Assembly (NCBI GenBank): GCA_964106645.2
Contig: OZ067049.1
Length of the DNA: 64,000 nt
Direction: 5' to 3' (one strand)
DNA from: Podarcis pityusensis
Taxonomy: Eukaryota
In this document: piece by piece, positions 40,440 to 52,398 of the stretch
How positions within the stretch are numbered: position 1 is the first letter of the stretch
Layout of the letters: the number at the start of each line of letters is the position of its first letter
Program-made: the position numbers and the translations under genes
Notes under the pieces: model-generated
The model's database searches: none
What the model saw: the letters and a program-made list of their open reading frames with translations, nothing else
What the model was told of the DNA's origin: nothing

Positions 40440-41030
40440 CAAGGCAATGGCTTGCCAGAACAGGATGGTCTTAACCAGCCAACAGAAAACAGAATGGGAG
40501 GGAACTAAGTAATCTCATGGGGTAAGTAGTGCACAATCTGGGACACTCTAGCACCATATCTCTCCAATAGATTTTAGGGACTGGCCACAGTAGGAGGCAG
40601 CCCTTCAGGTGTCCTCAATCCAAGCCATTTCAGGCTCTGAATATAATCTCACCAACATTTAGAATGCTGCATTGTAACACGGTGCCCACCAAAATTCTTG
40701 CAGCTGCATTCTTGACCAACTGAAGTTTCCAAAAATTTCCTCAAAGTAGTTCTGTGCAGAGAGCATCAAGGTAACCCAGTCTGGATGTAACTAAAATATC
40801 TGTAACTGTGGCTAGGTCTGATCTTCTCAGGAATGGGCACAGCTAGTGCACTGGCATGTACTGGGCAAAGGCAATCCTGGCCACAGGCAAAACTGGATCC
40901 AGGAAGGCCTCCAAACTTTTACAATGAAAGTGCTACCCCACCCAAAAGCAGCTGAATCCCTCTTTCTCCTGAGCAGTAACACCTCTGTCTGGATTAAGCT
41001 TCATTTTATTAGCCTTCATCCAACCTAATT
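40440..41030 (-). mobile_element. Old degenerate L2 fragment
   Basis: Reverse remnants such as gcagctgcattcttgaccaactgaagtttcc (KLQLVxNAA), cagtctggatgtaac (VTSRL), ggattaagcttcatttt (MKLNP). Confidence 0.6.
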
Positions 41031-42919
41031 CTTCCTCTAGGTTGTGGGACTGCAATGTCCGTCATCCCTGGTCATTGGCCATTTTGGCTAGGGCTGATGG
41101 GAATTGGAGTCCACCAATGTCCAGAGAGTACCATGTTGGCTACTCCTGCAATACTACATTATAAACAAATGGAAACTTTTAATATATTGTGTTAATTTAT
41201 GGTTAGGGGAGAGTGGATTTTTTAAAAATTAGTGTTCTTTTGATGTTGATTTTATCTTGGTTTTTTTTATTTATTTCTACTCCCCTCTCCCAGCCAATAT
41301 AGCTTTTTGGTCTAATCCGTTAAAATAATTCTTAAAGCAGTAGAATCGCTGTAGAAATGAAACCGCAGACACTAACAACCAATCTGATCTGTAACCCATT
41401 TGCCTCATTCCCCTTAATTAGCTAGCTCCTGAGCATACAAACAAGACTCCCATTCCAGACCTCCAAGAAATATTGCCACTTTTAAAACAGGCCGTACATG
41501 ATACAAAGTACTTTTTAAGGGCTGTGGGAATTAATTACACTTGCATCCTGTTGCATGGAAAGATAGCATGTGAATTTTCACTAAGTGGATTTTTGTTTTG
41601 ATATTTTTGTCTTCCCTGTTGCTTTGATCCTTTTCTGCATTCAAGACCCATCTTTTCTCTACACAATTACCCTACTTCCATGGCTGCTTCTTGAGTTGTA
41701 ACTAATCAGAGCCACAGAAAATTGCTTTATGAAAGCTACATGCGGACTTTTTATACTAATCAACCTAATTAGGCAAATTCTAATTTAAAACCACAGGTCT
41801 TATTGCTGTTCTTATTGAAGTCAGTGGTGAAGCTTCCACTAGACACCTTTAATAACTCACAACATCAAATACACTTTCAGCTTGTTAATTAGGAATTTAT
41901 TTTCATTCCAACGTTGTTATATTATTCAGATATGATTCATATACCCAGTGCTTTAATTATTAGGGAAGGTGTGTGGATGACCCTATGCAAATAGTTTCTA
42001 GGTACAGAAGACAAAAGGGATAGAATGGGGCCTGCTCTGCTGTCACAACCCAAATCTATGTACTTGCGTCTGAGCAACAGTCATGTACTCACCTACCTCG
42101 GAATCATCTCCATTGTACCCAGTGGAACTTATTTCTGAGTAGACATGTAGGTATGACCTGATCAAACAGGTGTGCTGCGTTTAGATCAGCTTAATACATT
42201 GCAGTAACATTAGAAAAGCATTCAAAATTCATTGAGGTATTTTAGATGCAAAGTTTGTTCAGTGGTGTGATTTTTTTAAAAAAATATTTTAAATAGGTGG
42301 CATAATGATGATGTACATGCAGCAAAGTGAAAATAAAAGTCGAGACTTGCAGGGGAAATAGGGTGGGTTCACTCTGCATTACATCACTCCCAGTTTGCAA
42401 GAGTCATATTACATTACAGCAGCTTTAGCCCAGAGGGTAGAATCTGATGACTTTACATTGCAGCAATACCTGTTTGAAAGGTAGCTCCTGGGTTCACTTT
42501 ACATGACTACAGCTCCAGTTTGTAAGGGTAGTGTGATGGCTTGTGAACACTCTCTGCAAGAAATGCCTCTGCTCACTCAGAGATACATAGATACAGTCTT
42601 TATTTTACATATGTACAAGCAGCACATTACAATCATGCATCCGAATCCTCTGGTTCAGATTCTTGGAGTGCTTTACACGCCCGCCCCTTCTCCAACAGAA
42701 AAGGCGTGGAATTTTCATGTGATGTCTCTGTCCCCTCCTCTTTAACACCCTCCTTTCCTGGGCAGACGGAACAGGCATTGCTTCACTGTCTGTGCCAGAA
42801 CTTCCTGTGCAGTGTTGAGGCTCTGTTCCAACATCTGTGAGCTGTCCCTCCTCCTGGCTTTCCTCCACCGCCACTTCCTGCCCCCCTTCCTCTGCCTGTC
42901 TCTCCTCTTCCCCTTCATT

Positions 42920-43790
42920 CTCGTCAATACCATGACAGGTAGCCCCAGGATTCACTTTAGGTTACTGCAGCTCGGCTGTGTCAGAGGTGAAGTGCAGCAT
43001 CTGCAGCCCTGTCATCCAGAAAAATCCCTTCCTTCCTTAGCTGTCCAGTACAGAGAGGGCACCACCATCCTTCTCAGGGTGGTGTGTGAGGGCAGTGCAT
43101 AGTAAAGGATCCACTGGAACTACATGGATTCAGCCAGGGTGAACAAGAAGTCATTCAACTCCAACATCTCACTGATGTGGTTGGTGATCTGCATTGGACA
43201 CTTACATCTTGTGGGCCCATTCATCCCTCAGCCCAGTGTCCCCAGCCTAAGCTGTTTCAGCTTTTGGGGTTGACATGAGAGGTGTGTGAGAGGAGGACTT
43301 CACACTCTCACTCTGCCCTGCACCCCTCTAACCCTTACTGCAGGCTTCTCCAGCCTCGGCCCTCCAGATGTTTTGAGACTACAATTCCCAGCATCCCTGA
43401 CCACTGGTCCTGCTAGCTAGGGATCATGGGAGTTGTAGGCCAAAAACATCTGGAGGGCTGAGGTTGGGGAAGCCTGCCTTACTGCTTATCTTCTCTGAGC
43501 TTGCCTCACCCAACTCACCTTGGAAGGGACTTAAGTTGGTCTCTTCCAGAGGAGAGGGTTTTGGATCACCTGGGCTCGAGAGCCCAATCTAGAGTGGGTG
43601 GACAGGAATGTGTTTAGGGCCCCTCTGACCCTCCTCAGGGACAGCTCTGCCTGTGCAGGTGCATTCTAAAGCGGCTGGTGGTGTAGTGCCATGAAATCTT
43701 CCCTCTGCTCACCTGCTTACTGCAATATAGGCAGGTGTCATAGCTGGATCTGCTGCCACTCCAACGAGATCCCAAACCACGCTCTGCTGT
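42920..43790 (-). pseudogene. Fossil hAT (Ac/ZBED4-like) transposase with BED zinc finger
   Basis: Manual minus-strand translation: KQQSVVWDLV...DP/SYDTCLYCSKQVSRGKISWHYTTSRFRMHLHR (BED finger, ~43790-43650); QITNHISEMLELNDFLFTLAESM*FQWILYYALPSHTTLRRMVVPSLYWTAKE (~43190-43035); MLHFTSD (~43000-42980); GYLS (~42945-42933). Order matches ZBED4/Ac-type transposases. Confidence 0.8.
43341..43476. mobile_element. Palindromic hAT MITE
   Basis: Near-complete hairpin CAGGCTTCTCCAGCCTCGGCCCTCCAGATGTTTT...AAAACATCTGGAGGGCTGAGGTTGGGGAAGCCTG; 8-bp TSD CCTTACTG at 43333-43340 and 43477-43484. Older relatives at ~20630-20715, ~41035-41150 and ~53391-53518. Confidence 0.93.
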
Positions 43791-44027
43791 TTCTGTGAGG
43801 ACCAAGAATCTCTGCCTTTATTCTGGTTGACCCGCAGGATATGTGGAGGAGGGGCTGGTATCAGAGGTAGTTTTTCCTTTGCATGCTGCTCCCTCTTTCA
43901 GGGAACTGTGAGGAGGCCTGTTCGAGAGATGCCTCTACTCAATTAAAGTGTCCAGCAGATCTCTGCAATCTCTATATCTAATAAACTGACGTCCCCTCCA
44001 GTTTCAGTCAGAGGAGCTGCCAGTGGC

Positions 44028-44404
44028 AAACAACAACAACAACAACAACAACAATTTATTATTTGTACACCACCCATCTGGCTGGGTTTCCCCAGCCACT
44101 CTGGGCGGCTTCCAACAAAGATTAAAAATACATTAAAATGTCACACATTAAAAACTTCCCTGAACAGGGCTGCCTTCAGATGTCTTCTAAAAGTCAGGTA
44201 GTTGTTTATCTCCTTGACATCTGATGGTAGGGCGTTCCACAGGGTGGGCACCACTACTGAGAAGGCCCTCTGCCTGGTTCCCTGTAGCTTTGCTTCTTGC
44301 AATCAGGGAACCACTGGACCTCAGGGTCCGGGCAGAATGATGGGGGTGGAGACGCTCCTTCAGGTATACTGGGCCGAGGCCGTTTAGGGCTTTAAAGGTC
44401 AACA
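44028..44404 (-). mobile_element. L2 LINE 3' fragment, same family as 402-826
   Basis: LTFKALNGLGPVYLKERLHPHHSARTLRSS; reverse 3' end and simple-repeat tail. Confidence 0.9.
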
Positions 44405-44589
44405 CCCTTTAAAGATCAACTGCTCCATGCACTACAAAAAGAGCTGGAGGAGAAGTGGACTTGCTCTTGCTAACCCCAATAACCTCAGAGTATGGGGTAA
44501 CCTGCCACTGCATACCATTGCTCCTCATGTCTACAGCAGTGAAAGTGCATTTCAGTTAGGTTGTGGTAGGGAACTCAAATGGCCTACGG

Positions 44590-45086
44590 CAGTGGTGACG
44601 AACCTTTTAGAGACCGAGTGCCCAAACTGCAACCAAAAACCCGCTTATTTTTCACAAAGTGTCAACACGGCAAAGTCATTGAGGTTTTTTTTTGGGGGGG
44701 GGGGATTGCGCAGGGATCTGGAGCTTTTTAGGGGGAATGCAGAAAATAACTAACACCGCTAAAAATGCTGCAGATCGCTTGCGTCAGCACAGCAAACATG
44801 TGTCTACAACTCACCAACAGCACACCGCCAGCTGGTTCGCGGGTGCGGAACTTCAAACAATGCGCGCTCTACGGGACGTTTACTGCTCGCAACAGCGTGG
44901 CCCCCCCTTGCAAAAACTCCGCCTGGCACCACTGCGGGCAGAGCACACTCTAAGGAGCACTTACCGCCTGCACTGGCATGGGGAGAGCGGATGGCCATTG
45001 TGCTTGCTGGGCCAATGGCTTGCATGCCCACAGAGAGGGTTCTGAGTGCCCACTCTGGCACGCATGCCATAGGTTCGCCACCACTG
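44590..45086. mobile_element. Non-autonomous hAT element
   Basis: TIR CAGTGGTG(A/G)CGAACCT at both ends; 8-bp TSD GCCTA(C/T)GG at 44582-44589 and 45087-45094; CpG-rich. Confidence 0.92.
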
Positions 45087-47656
45087 GCCTATGGCAATGC
45101 TTGTGCCTTTGCCCCCACCTCTGCCACTGAGGCTGCCACACAGCTTGCTATCAGCAGCACCATGTATATATACCTGAAGATTAGGTGCAATAAGGGATTG
45201 TTTACAATAGGAGGGTGTCTGTAGAATAATAATGCTAACAGTGATAAATGTGTATTGTGTGATTGTTATGCTTATAACAGTGAGTGTACGTAAAATAGCA
45301 TTGCAGTCCAGTAGAATAGATGGGCGGGTGAGACACATACTCACACACAAGGACACTAAGATTTAATAACAGAAATAATAATAGTAATGCAGACCATGGC
45401 TGATAAGTAGAAAAGAATTAAAAACTGCATGAATACACTAAATTAACTTCTACTACAGTGCAACAAGCAGTAATGTGTGTGTGGCTGTTTCCCCTGTCAC
45501 ACACAGAGAGAATTTAATAATACACACAAAGAATTCAATAATAATGACGAGGCAGTCTATGACTAATAAATCAAATCACTTGAGACAGATTAAATAAAAC
45601 AGACTGCACATGGAACTGAAAGTGAACTCCTCAGACCAGAGCTATTCTTAGGGGAAGAAAGATCACTGGCAGACAGCAGGATTATATCAAAAGGAACAGT
45701 AAGGATGTTAAGGTTGGTAAATAAGGGACTGGACTGGAACGACATAAACTGGTACTGGTAAAAAGGAACACATGGGCTAAAGAAAAGCCTGAAATGGTAG
45801 CACCTTTAAAACATTACTGGTTCACAGAGACAAATCTAGCATCGAACAAGAAGTACATGAAAGTGAAGTTACTTATTTACTTCAACTCTTAAAGCACTGG
45901 GATTGGAGAGCCTTAGTTAAATAATTCTCTCTGATTGCAAGTTAGACCTGTCAGTCACAGAAGAACTTACCCTTCTTTCCCCTCTCCCCACCCTGGCATT
46001 TTCTTTATGTGGCAAGCTTACAGATATTCATTTCATTTTTAGCTGATGCTTGTCTGAAGTGGTTTTTTATATCTGAAACACAGAGGTGTCACAGGTGCTT
46101 TCAGGTGCTGCTTTGACTCAGGCATATCAGGCACAGCCCTCTTTGCCTCAAACAATCCCAGATCCCCTCTGAAGTTTCCTGATTCAGTTGGGGATTCATC
46201 AGAATCCTCTGCATTACCTGATTGTGCAGCCCTGTCTAAGCCTATTGATATAAGTTGCTAAGTGTACTTTTGTAATTTCATGGGAGAGATGCTCATTAAA
46301 CCTTAACACACACACACCCTTAAAAAAAACACCTGTTGCATTTCCTGTAGCTAACCATGGTTATGGGTACATAAGTAAGAAATCTGCTGTCTAAGTGTAA
46401 TAGTACCCTGTCTTCTTTTCATCAGATGTACCATACTTGGCTGTGAGGAATCAGGAGGCCAATATCTTTGTAAGAGACACGTCCACAAGAAGAAGAGACA
46501 TGAAGCCGTTGAGGGGCTGTCATATTTAATTCTGATTACTCTTTCTCATCTGCCACTATTCTAAATTATGTTGGAACAGTGCCAGATAGTTCTCTCATTG
46601 TCACTCTAATGGGATTTAGATTGGTTGTTCTGATTACACGTTCTCCTCCTCCTGTTTATGCTGTTTTAGATCTTGTAAGGGATGTATCAAATAACTATTT
46701 TAAGTGCTCCTTAGGGATAGAGCAGAACTGACAACATGCATGTGTGTGTTTTAAAAAGCAAACATATCACTCTTTTGTACTGTTGAATCATTGTGAAGCA
46801 GCTTTCTAAATGAAAGCAGATAAACACCACCATTTTGCCTTTGAATATCTAGCTGCAAATATAGCTATCTTTCTAGCTATTCCTTTTTTATTTATATATA
46901 TATATATTTATATGCCACCCTTCCATGCAACTTGCAGGTTGAATAATTTAAAAACAACAACAACAAAGTAACTTAAAAATCAGTATAAAAATAAAGCAAT
47001 ACAAAATGAAAAATAAACAACTGCATTTGCTTGCAACTGACAATACATCAGAATTGGTGCCAGCCTAGCTTCTCTGCAGCAAATATTCCATAAGCTATAT
47101 AATGCATCATATTATATTACTTAGAGACAACTGTAATTAAGCTGTATATAAATTATCAAAATAAATAAAACAACTAAGTAGGGTGCTATCTATGTACCTA
47201 ATCTATCAATGTATCAGAATCATAAGAGTCAATGTCCAAATACACATTGATTAATGAAAAGTAACCTGAAATGTGTAATTGTTACTGTAAAAGGTTTCTG
47301 ACAAGATTTTATTGAAAGTCTTATTCTTCTAATGTTAGACTTGCCTGCAGGTAGTAATGTGAGGGTTACCCTCTTTTCCTGGGAATCTGAGAGCCAAACT
47401 ACATGTGATGCTCCTGCAGCTTTACCCACTATATGAATTAATGAATAGCAGCTATATCAGAAAGGGGCTTATTGACAATGGAATTTCTGGAAGCGTGCAG
47501 AAAGGAATAAGCACTTAACTGGCAGTATATTCCACTGTATTTCTGGAAGTGGCTTTTTATGTTGTGTGAAAGCTCATATATAATGTGGAAATTTGTGGTT
47601 GGGGAAGAGTGAAAATGGAATAAACTTGGAACAGTACATTAGAATGCAGGGAGCAT

Positions 47657-48554
47657 AAAAGGTAAAGGTAAAGGGACCCCTGACCATTAGGTCCAGTCGT
47701 GACCGACTCTGGGGTTGCGGCGCTCATCTCGCTTTATTGGCTGAGGGAGCCGGCGTACAGATTCCAGGTCATGTGGCCAACATGACTAAGCCGCTTCTGG
47801 CGAACCAGAGCAGCGCACGGAAACGCCGTTTACCTTCCTCCCAGAGCGGTACCTATTTATCTACTTGCACTTTGACGTGCTTTTGAACTGCTAGGTTGGC
47901 CGGAGCAGGGACCGAGCAGCAGGAGCTCACCCTGTTGCAGGGATTTGAACCCCCGACCTTCTGATCGGCAAGCCCTAGGCTCTGTGGTTTAACCCACAGC
48001 ACCACCCGCATCCCAAAACAAATATACTCTGGCTCAAAATATAAAAACCAGAGAACAAGTGCAGTGTAGTGGCTAGACCAGGGGTAATCAACCCTTTTAT
48101 ACCTACTGCTCACTAATGCATCTTTCTTGATGGTAAAATTTCCTTACCATCCACCAGTGCTCGATGGAAGGAGGATTCAGCTTGTGCCGTAGAACCCCCT
48201 ACTGCCCACCTAGAATCCTGAAATGCCCACTAGTGGGCGGTAGGGACCAGGCTGACATATTGGACATTCCTGCCCTAGAATTATAATATTGTAGGGTTGG
48301 AAAGGACCCTGAGGATCATCTAGTCCAACCCTCTGGCAGCTGTCCCATCCTTTTTAGATTTGCTCTCAGCCCTCATTTGCCCTCCTACACACACACGGTT
48401 GCCTCAGGTGCTGGTTCTACTCAGAGTAAACTCACTGAAATGAATTAAAAATCCAAACTTTAATTTCAAAGGGTCTGCCCTAAGTAGGATTTAGTTGGAT
48501 GTAGCCTGTTGTTATGACCAAAGTATCTTTAACCCACAGCGCCACCTGCCTCCC
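47657..48554 (-). mobile_element. Composite Sauria SINE: 27-nt SINE head + ~515 bp captured intronic DNA + complete SINE
   Basis: Perfect 12-bp TSD TGCAGGGAGCAT at 47645-47656 and 48555-48566; full SINE 47657-48014; captured segment 48015-48529; extra SINE head 48528-48554. Confidence 0.93.
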
Positions 48555-48586
48555 TGCAGGGAGCATGGTGAGGGCCAAAATACCTC

Positions 48587-49760
48587 TAATAATAATAATA
48601 ATAATAATAAATTTTATTTATATCCCGCCCTCCCCAGCCGAAGCTGGGCTCAGGGCGGCTAACAACAATCAAAATAATCCAACATACTAAAAACATTCAT
48701 TATAAAATTAATTAAAATCAAATTGATGGCAACCATTAAGCAAAATTCTGTGCAGATTGCCAGAGGAGGGGGTCAGGCTGCGCCCTGACCAAAGGCCTGG
48801 TGGAACAGCTCTGTCTTGCAGGCCCTGCGGAAAGATGTCAGGTCCCGCAGGGCCCTAGTCTCTTGTGACAGAGTGTTCCACCAGATTGGAGCCGCAGCCA
48901 AGAAAGCCCTGGCTCTAGTTGAGGCCAGCCTAACCTCTCTGTGGCCTGGGATCTTCAGGATGTTTTTATTTGCAGACCATAAATTTCTCTGTGGGACATA
49001 CCAGGAGAGGCAGTCCCGTAGGTACGAGGGTCCTAGGCCGTATAGGGCTTTAAAGGTTAGAACCAGCACCTTAAACCTGATCCTGTACTCCACCGGGAGC
49101 CAGTGCAGCTGGTATAGTACCGGATGAATATGATCTCGCAGCGAAGACCCCATAAGGAGTCTCGCCACGGCATTCTGCACCCGCTGGAGTTTCTGGGTCA
49201 GTCTCAAGGGCAGCCCCACGTAGAGCGAGTTACAATAATCCAGTCTGGAGGTGACCGTCGCGTGGATCACAGTGGCTAGGTCAGGGCGAGAGAGATAAGC
49301 AGCCAACTGCTTAGCTTGGCGGAGATGAAAAAATGCCGCCTTTGTTATAGCTGTAATCTCCATAGAGAGGGGGGTATCGAAGATTACACCCAAACTCTTA
49401 ACGGATGATGCTGGCACTAATTGCACCCCCGCAAGAGATGGGAGTTGCCCCCTCAATCCCATATCGCCCCGTCCCAGCCAGAGGACCTCTGTCTTCGAAG
49501 GATTTAACTTCAACCTGCTCCCACGTAACCATCCAGCCACAGCCAAACATCGAGAGCCGATGTTTCATCCAGAAACCTACCAAGCTGTTCAGCAACCGCT
49601 CTCTCAATGACCTTACCCAGGAATGGAAGATTCGAAACCGGGCGGTAATTGGATAGATCTAAGGGATCTAATGATGTTTTCCTTAAGAGCGGACGCACCA
49701 CTGCCTCCTTCAGTTCCCCTGGGAATATCCCGGTGCCAAGGGACAAATTGATGATATCAC
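48587..49760 (-). mobile_element. L2 LINE (second family), 5'-truncated and internally deleted
   Basis: [19 protein letters not shown] joined almost directly to [19 protein letters not shown]...VTSRLDYCNSLYVGLP...LHWLPVEYRIRFK...; (TAA)n tail at ~48587-48612. Confidence 0.92.
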
Positions 49761-50369
49761 TCTAGCAGCTACCTAGGTATATTTACCTGATTTACATGTA
49801 AAATGGGAGTGGAGCTCTATTTTTTATATAAAAAGGGGCACAGAGGGGGAGGGAACGATCCCATTCTCACTTTACTCACTGTAAGCAGTTGCCGCCCATC
49901 CAAGCTCAAATACTCATATTTGAGTCAGTCTGGGAGAGAACTGCTTTCAGGTAAGGAGGCAGAAAGTGTGGGGTACATCTCTTTGCCCTACATACTCCTT
50001 TTCACATCTTCTCCCTCTTTATAAGTGAACAGTGTAGACATGTGGATGCAATACCTATCAAGTCTCCACTCATACCGCTGCATGGCACCCCAATTTCCGA
50101 GTGGTGTGGAATTCCAGGGGTTCCAAGTGCTTAACCAGGGTTCATGTTTCCTTTTGGAAATGAGGCACAGCGGAGACTTTGGTGTCTTTATGATATGTGG
50201 TTTATTTATACATATATACAACCTGAGCCTATGATGGAGGGGTTCACAGCATTAACACCCAACAAGGGTCTTGTTTCTCCCCATAGCCACCACCTTGGAT
50301 TCAAGCAGAGATCAGGCATGTTTCTCACTCTTGGGTTTCTGTCTGCTTCTAGCCCAGCTCACATACACT

Positions 50370-50520
50370 CAGGGTTTTTTCAGGGGAACTCACAGGAACT
50401 CAGTTCTGGCACCTCTCAGACGGATTCCAGCACCTCTCAGGGTGCCATTGCCACTCTAACAGAATGAGGGAGGTGTTTGTGGTGCGTTCCAGCACCTCTT
50501 TTTCTAGAAAAATAGCACGG
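50370..50520. mobile_element. Short hAT MITE
   Basis: Imperfect TIR cagggtttttt ... aaaaatagcacgg; perfect 8-bp TSD CATACACT at 50362-50369 and 50521-50528; internal ttc(c/t)(a/g)gcacctct repeats. Confidence 0.82.
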
Positions 50521-52156
50521 CATACACTCAACTCTGGCTTTTGTCTTTCTAAGTGCCACCCATTTTCTTTCTGGCACAGAGCAGCTTCCTTTCTTATACT
50601 AATGACTCATACTTAGGACCATTACCAAGAAGCGGACCTGGCTATTCCTACAGTAGAATCCTTGCTGGATCCAGGAATTAGAAGGCACTCAGACATACAG
50701 CCTAACCATTGTCTCCTCTCCCCCACCCCCAAACCCTCACAACATTATGTTTGTCATCTCTCACATAAATGTATGGCCTATGAAGTACCAGGAATTGGAA
50801 CAGAGCTGATATGTTTCAAAAAAAAGGCTAGTTTGATAGCATCTTATTGAATTTCTCAGTATGGTTTGGAATTTAGATATAAGCCTAGGACTTGGCTAGC
50901 ACTTTGGTACTGTATTAAAGATATGGGCAAAGAATGAGAAATCATTAAAGGGTTTTAGGCTATGATTTTAAAGCTATGCTGCCTGTCATTATTTCATCTC
51001 CGTTAGTACTGCAGAGGACTTACTTGAAAGGCTGTGGCATTAGGCTGGATGAATTAAGGCAATCATACTAACCGCTGCCTTTATATTCTTAGTCTTTCAG
51101 TCCAAAGGTTCGTTCTTTCTTTGTTCGGAGACCATTTCTTCTTGACAGGATTAGCCATCCTTAATGAGACAGAAAACCCCTCTTGGGGTTTGACAACTAT
51201 TATGTTTGCCTTTTTCTTCTTCTTATTGAAAGGAGACATGTTAGACATGAAGGGAGAATGTAACAACAACAAAGGAAGGGAAAATATATATCTGCCGTCA
51301 TCATCTGTGTTTAGTTTCCAAACAATTCTTCAAAAAAATTATAGATATGAACTACTCATTTACCCTTTGTGAGGTCTACAGGCTAGCTCCATTGGTTGAA
51401 ATCATGGCTATTACTGGAATGGCGTTATGAAAGGTGAAATTGTCGCCACTGACTAAGCTGGACTATTAAACAGCAGGTGAAAAGCAAGAGATGGGAAGAG
51501 AAAGCTGGTAACACAATGATGTAAGAGAAAGCAACATCCAGGGTGTAATCACAGGTCAGGAGTCAGTGTCAGATGTGATGATGTTCCTTCATTCTTCTTT
51601 CACAAAGATTCTGAACAGTCTTCAAGAATGTGATGACTATCAGAGTTTTAGGAAGGTTGTACGTAAGACATTAATACAAAAGCTACATTCCTACCTACAC
51701 TGAGGTTTGCAATGCTTGAGGTTTCTGATTATCTCCAGAAAACCAACTTTTTCCCATCAGAAGCTCGTAGATAGTTATCACTTTATCATTTTCTAGCTCA
51801 TTCGCTGACACTGTATATAGTGCGTGAATCTCGTCTTCTTGCCAGCTTTCATTAGGTGCTTTTTGTTTCAGAAAGGTCTTATTATGCTGCTTGAAGTTTT
51901 CACTGTATATATTTTAATGGTGAGGTGCACCTAAGGTTGTTGGTTTTTTTGTGGTCAATTTCCTTCCTTCTTTTAGCTTCCCTTCCTTTCTAACAAACTG
52001 TGACCCATTCTTTTGTGGGTGCTGACAGATTTGTGGGTGTTCAATGGGTCTTTTTTTACTTTCATTTCTGAAGAGCCAACAGTCCCTCTGCTTACTCCAA
52101 CCGTACTTTTAGCTGGGGCCAGATAAGCCAAGGGGAGCCTAAAGGCATTTGCAGTA

Positions 52157-52398
52157 CAGTGGTACCTCGGGTTTCATACGGTTCAGGTTACATATGCTTC
52201 AGGTTACAGACTCCGCTAACCCAGAAATAGTACCTCGGGTTAAGAACTTTGCTTCAGGATGAGAACAGAAATCGTGTTCCGGTGGCGTGGCAGCAGCAGG
52301 AGGCCCCATTAGCTAAAGTGGTGCTTCAGGTTAAGAACAGTTTCAGGTTAAGAACGGACCTCCGGAACGAATTAAGTACTTAACCCGAGGTACCACTG
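52157..52398. mobile_element. Tc1/mariner (Tigger-like) MITE, copy 3 (opposite orientation)
   Basis: Same TIRs and body; TA TSD. Confidence 0.93.

Noticed and set aside
42605-42955. 116-aa acidic ORF as a gene
   Set aside because: Purine-rich low-complexity frame adjoining the decayed hAT transposase; no splice or domain support.
45220-45850. Possible second solo LTR (A-rich block starting TGTAG)
   Set aside because: No convincing CA end with a TSD could be identified.
48015-48529. Inverted duplication as an assembly artefact
   Set aside because: The copies differ by multiple substitutions and a 14-nt indel, and the second lies within a perfect TSD with a microhomology junction.
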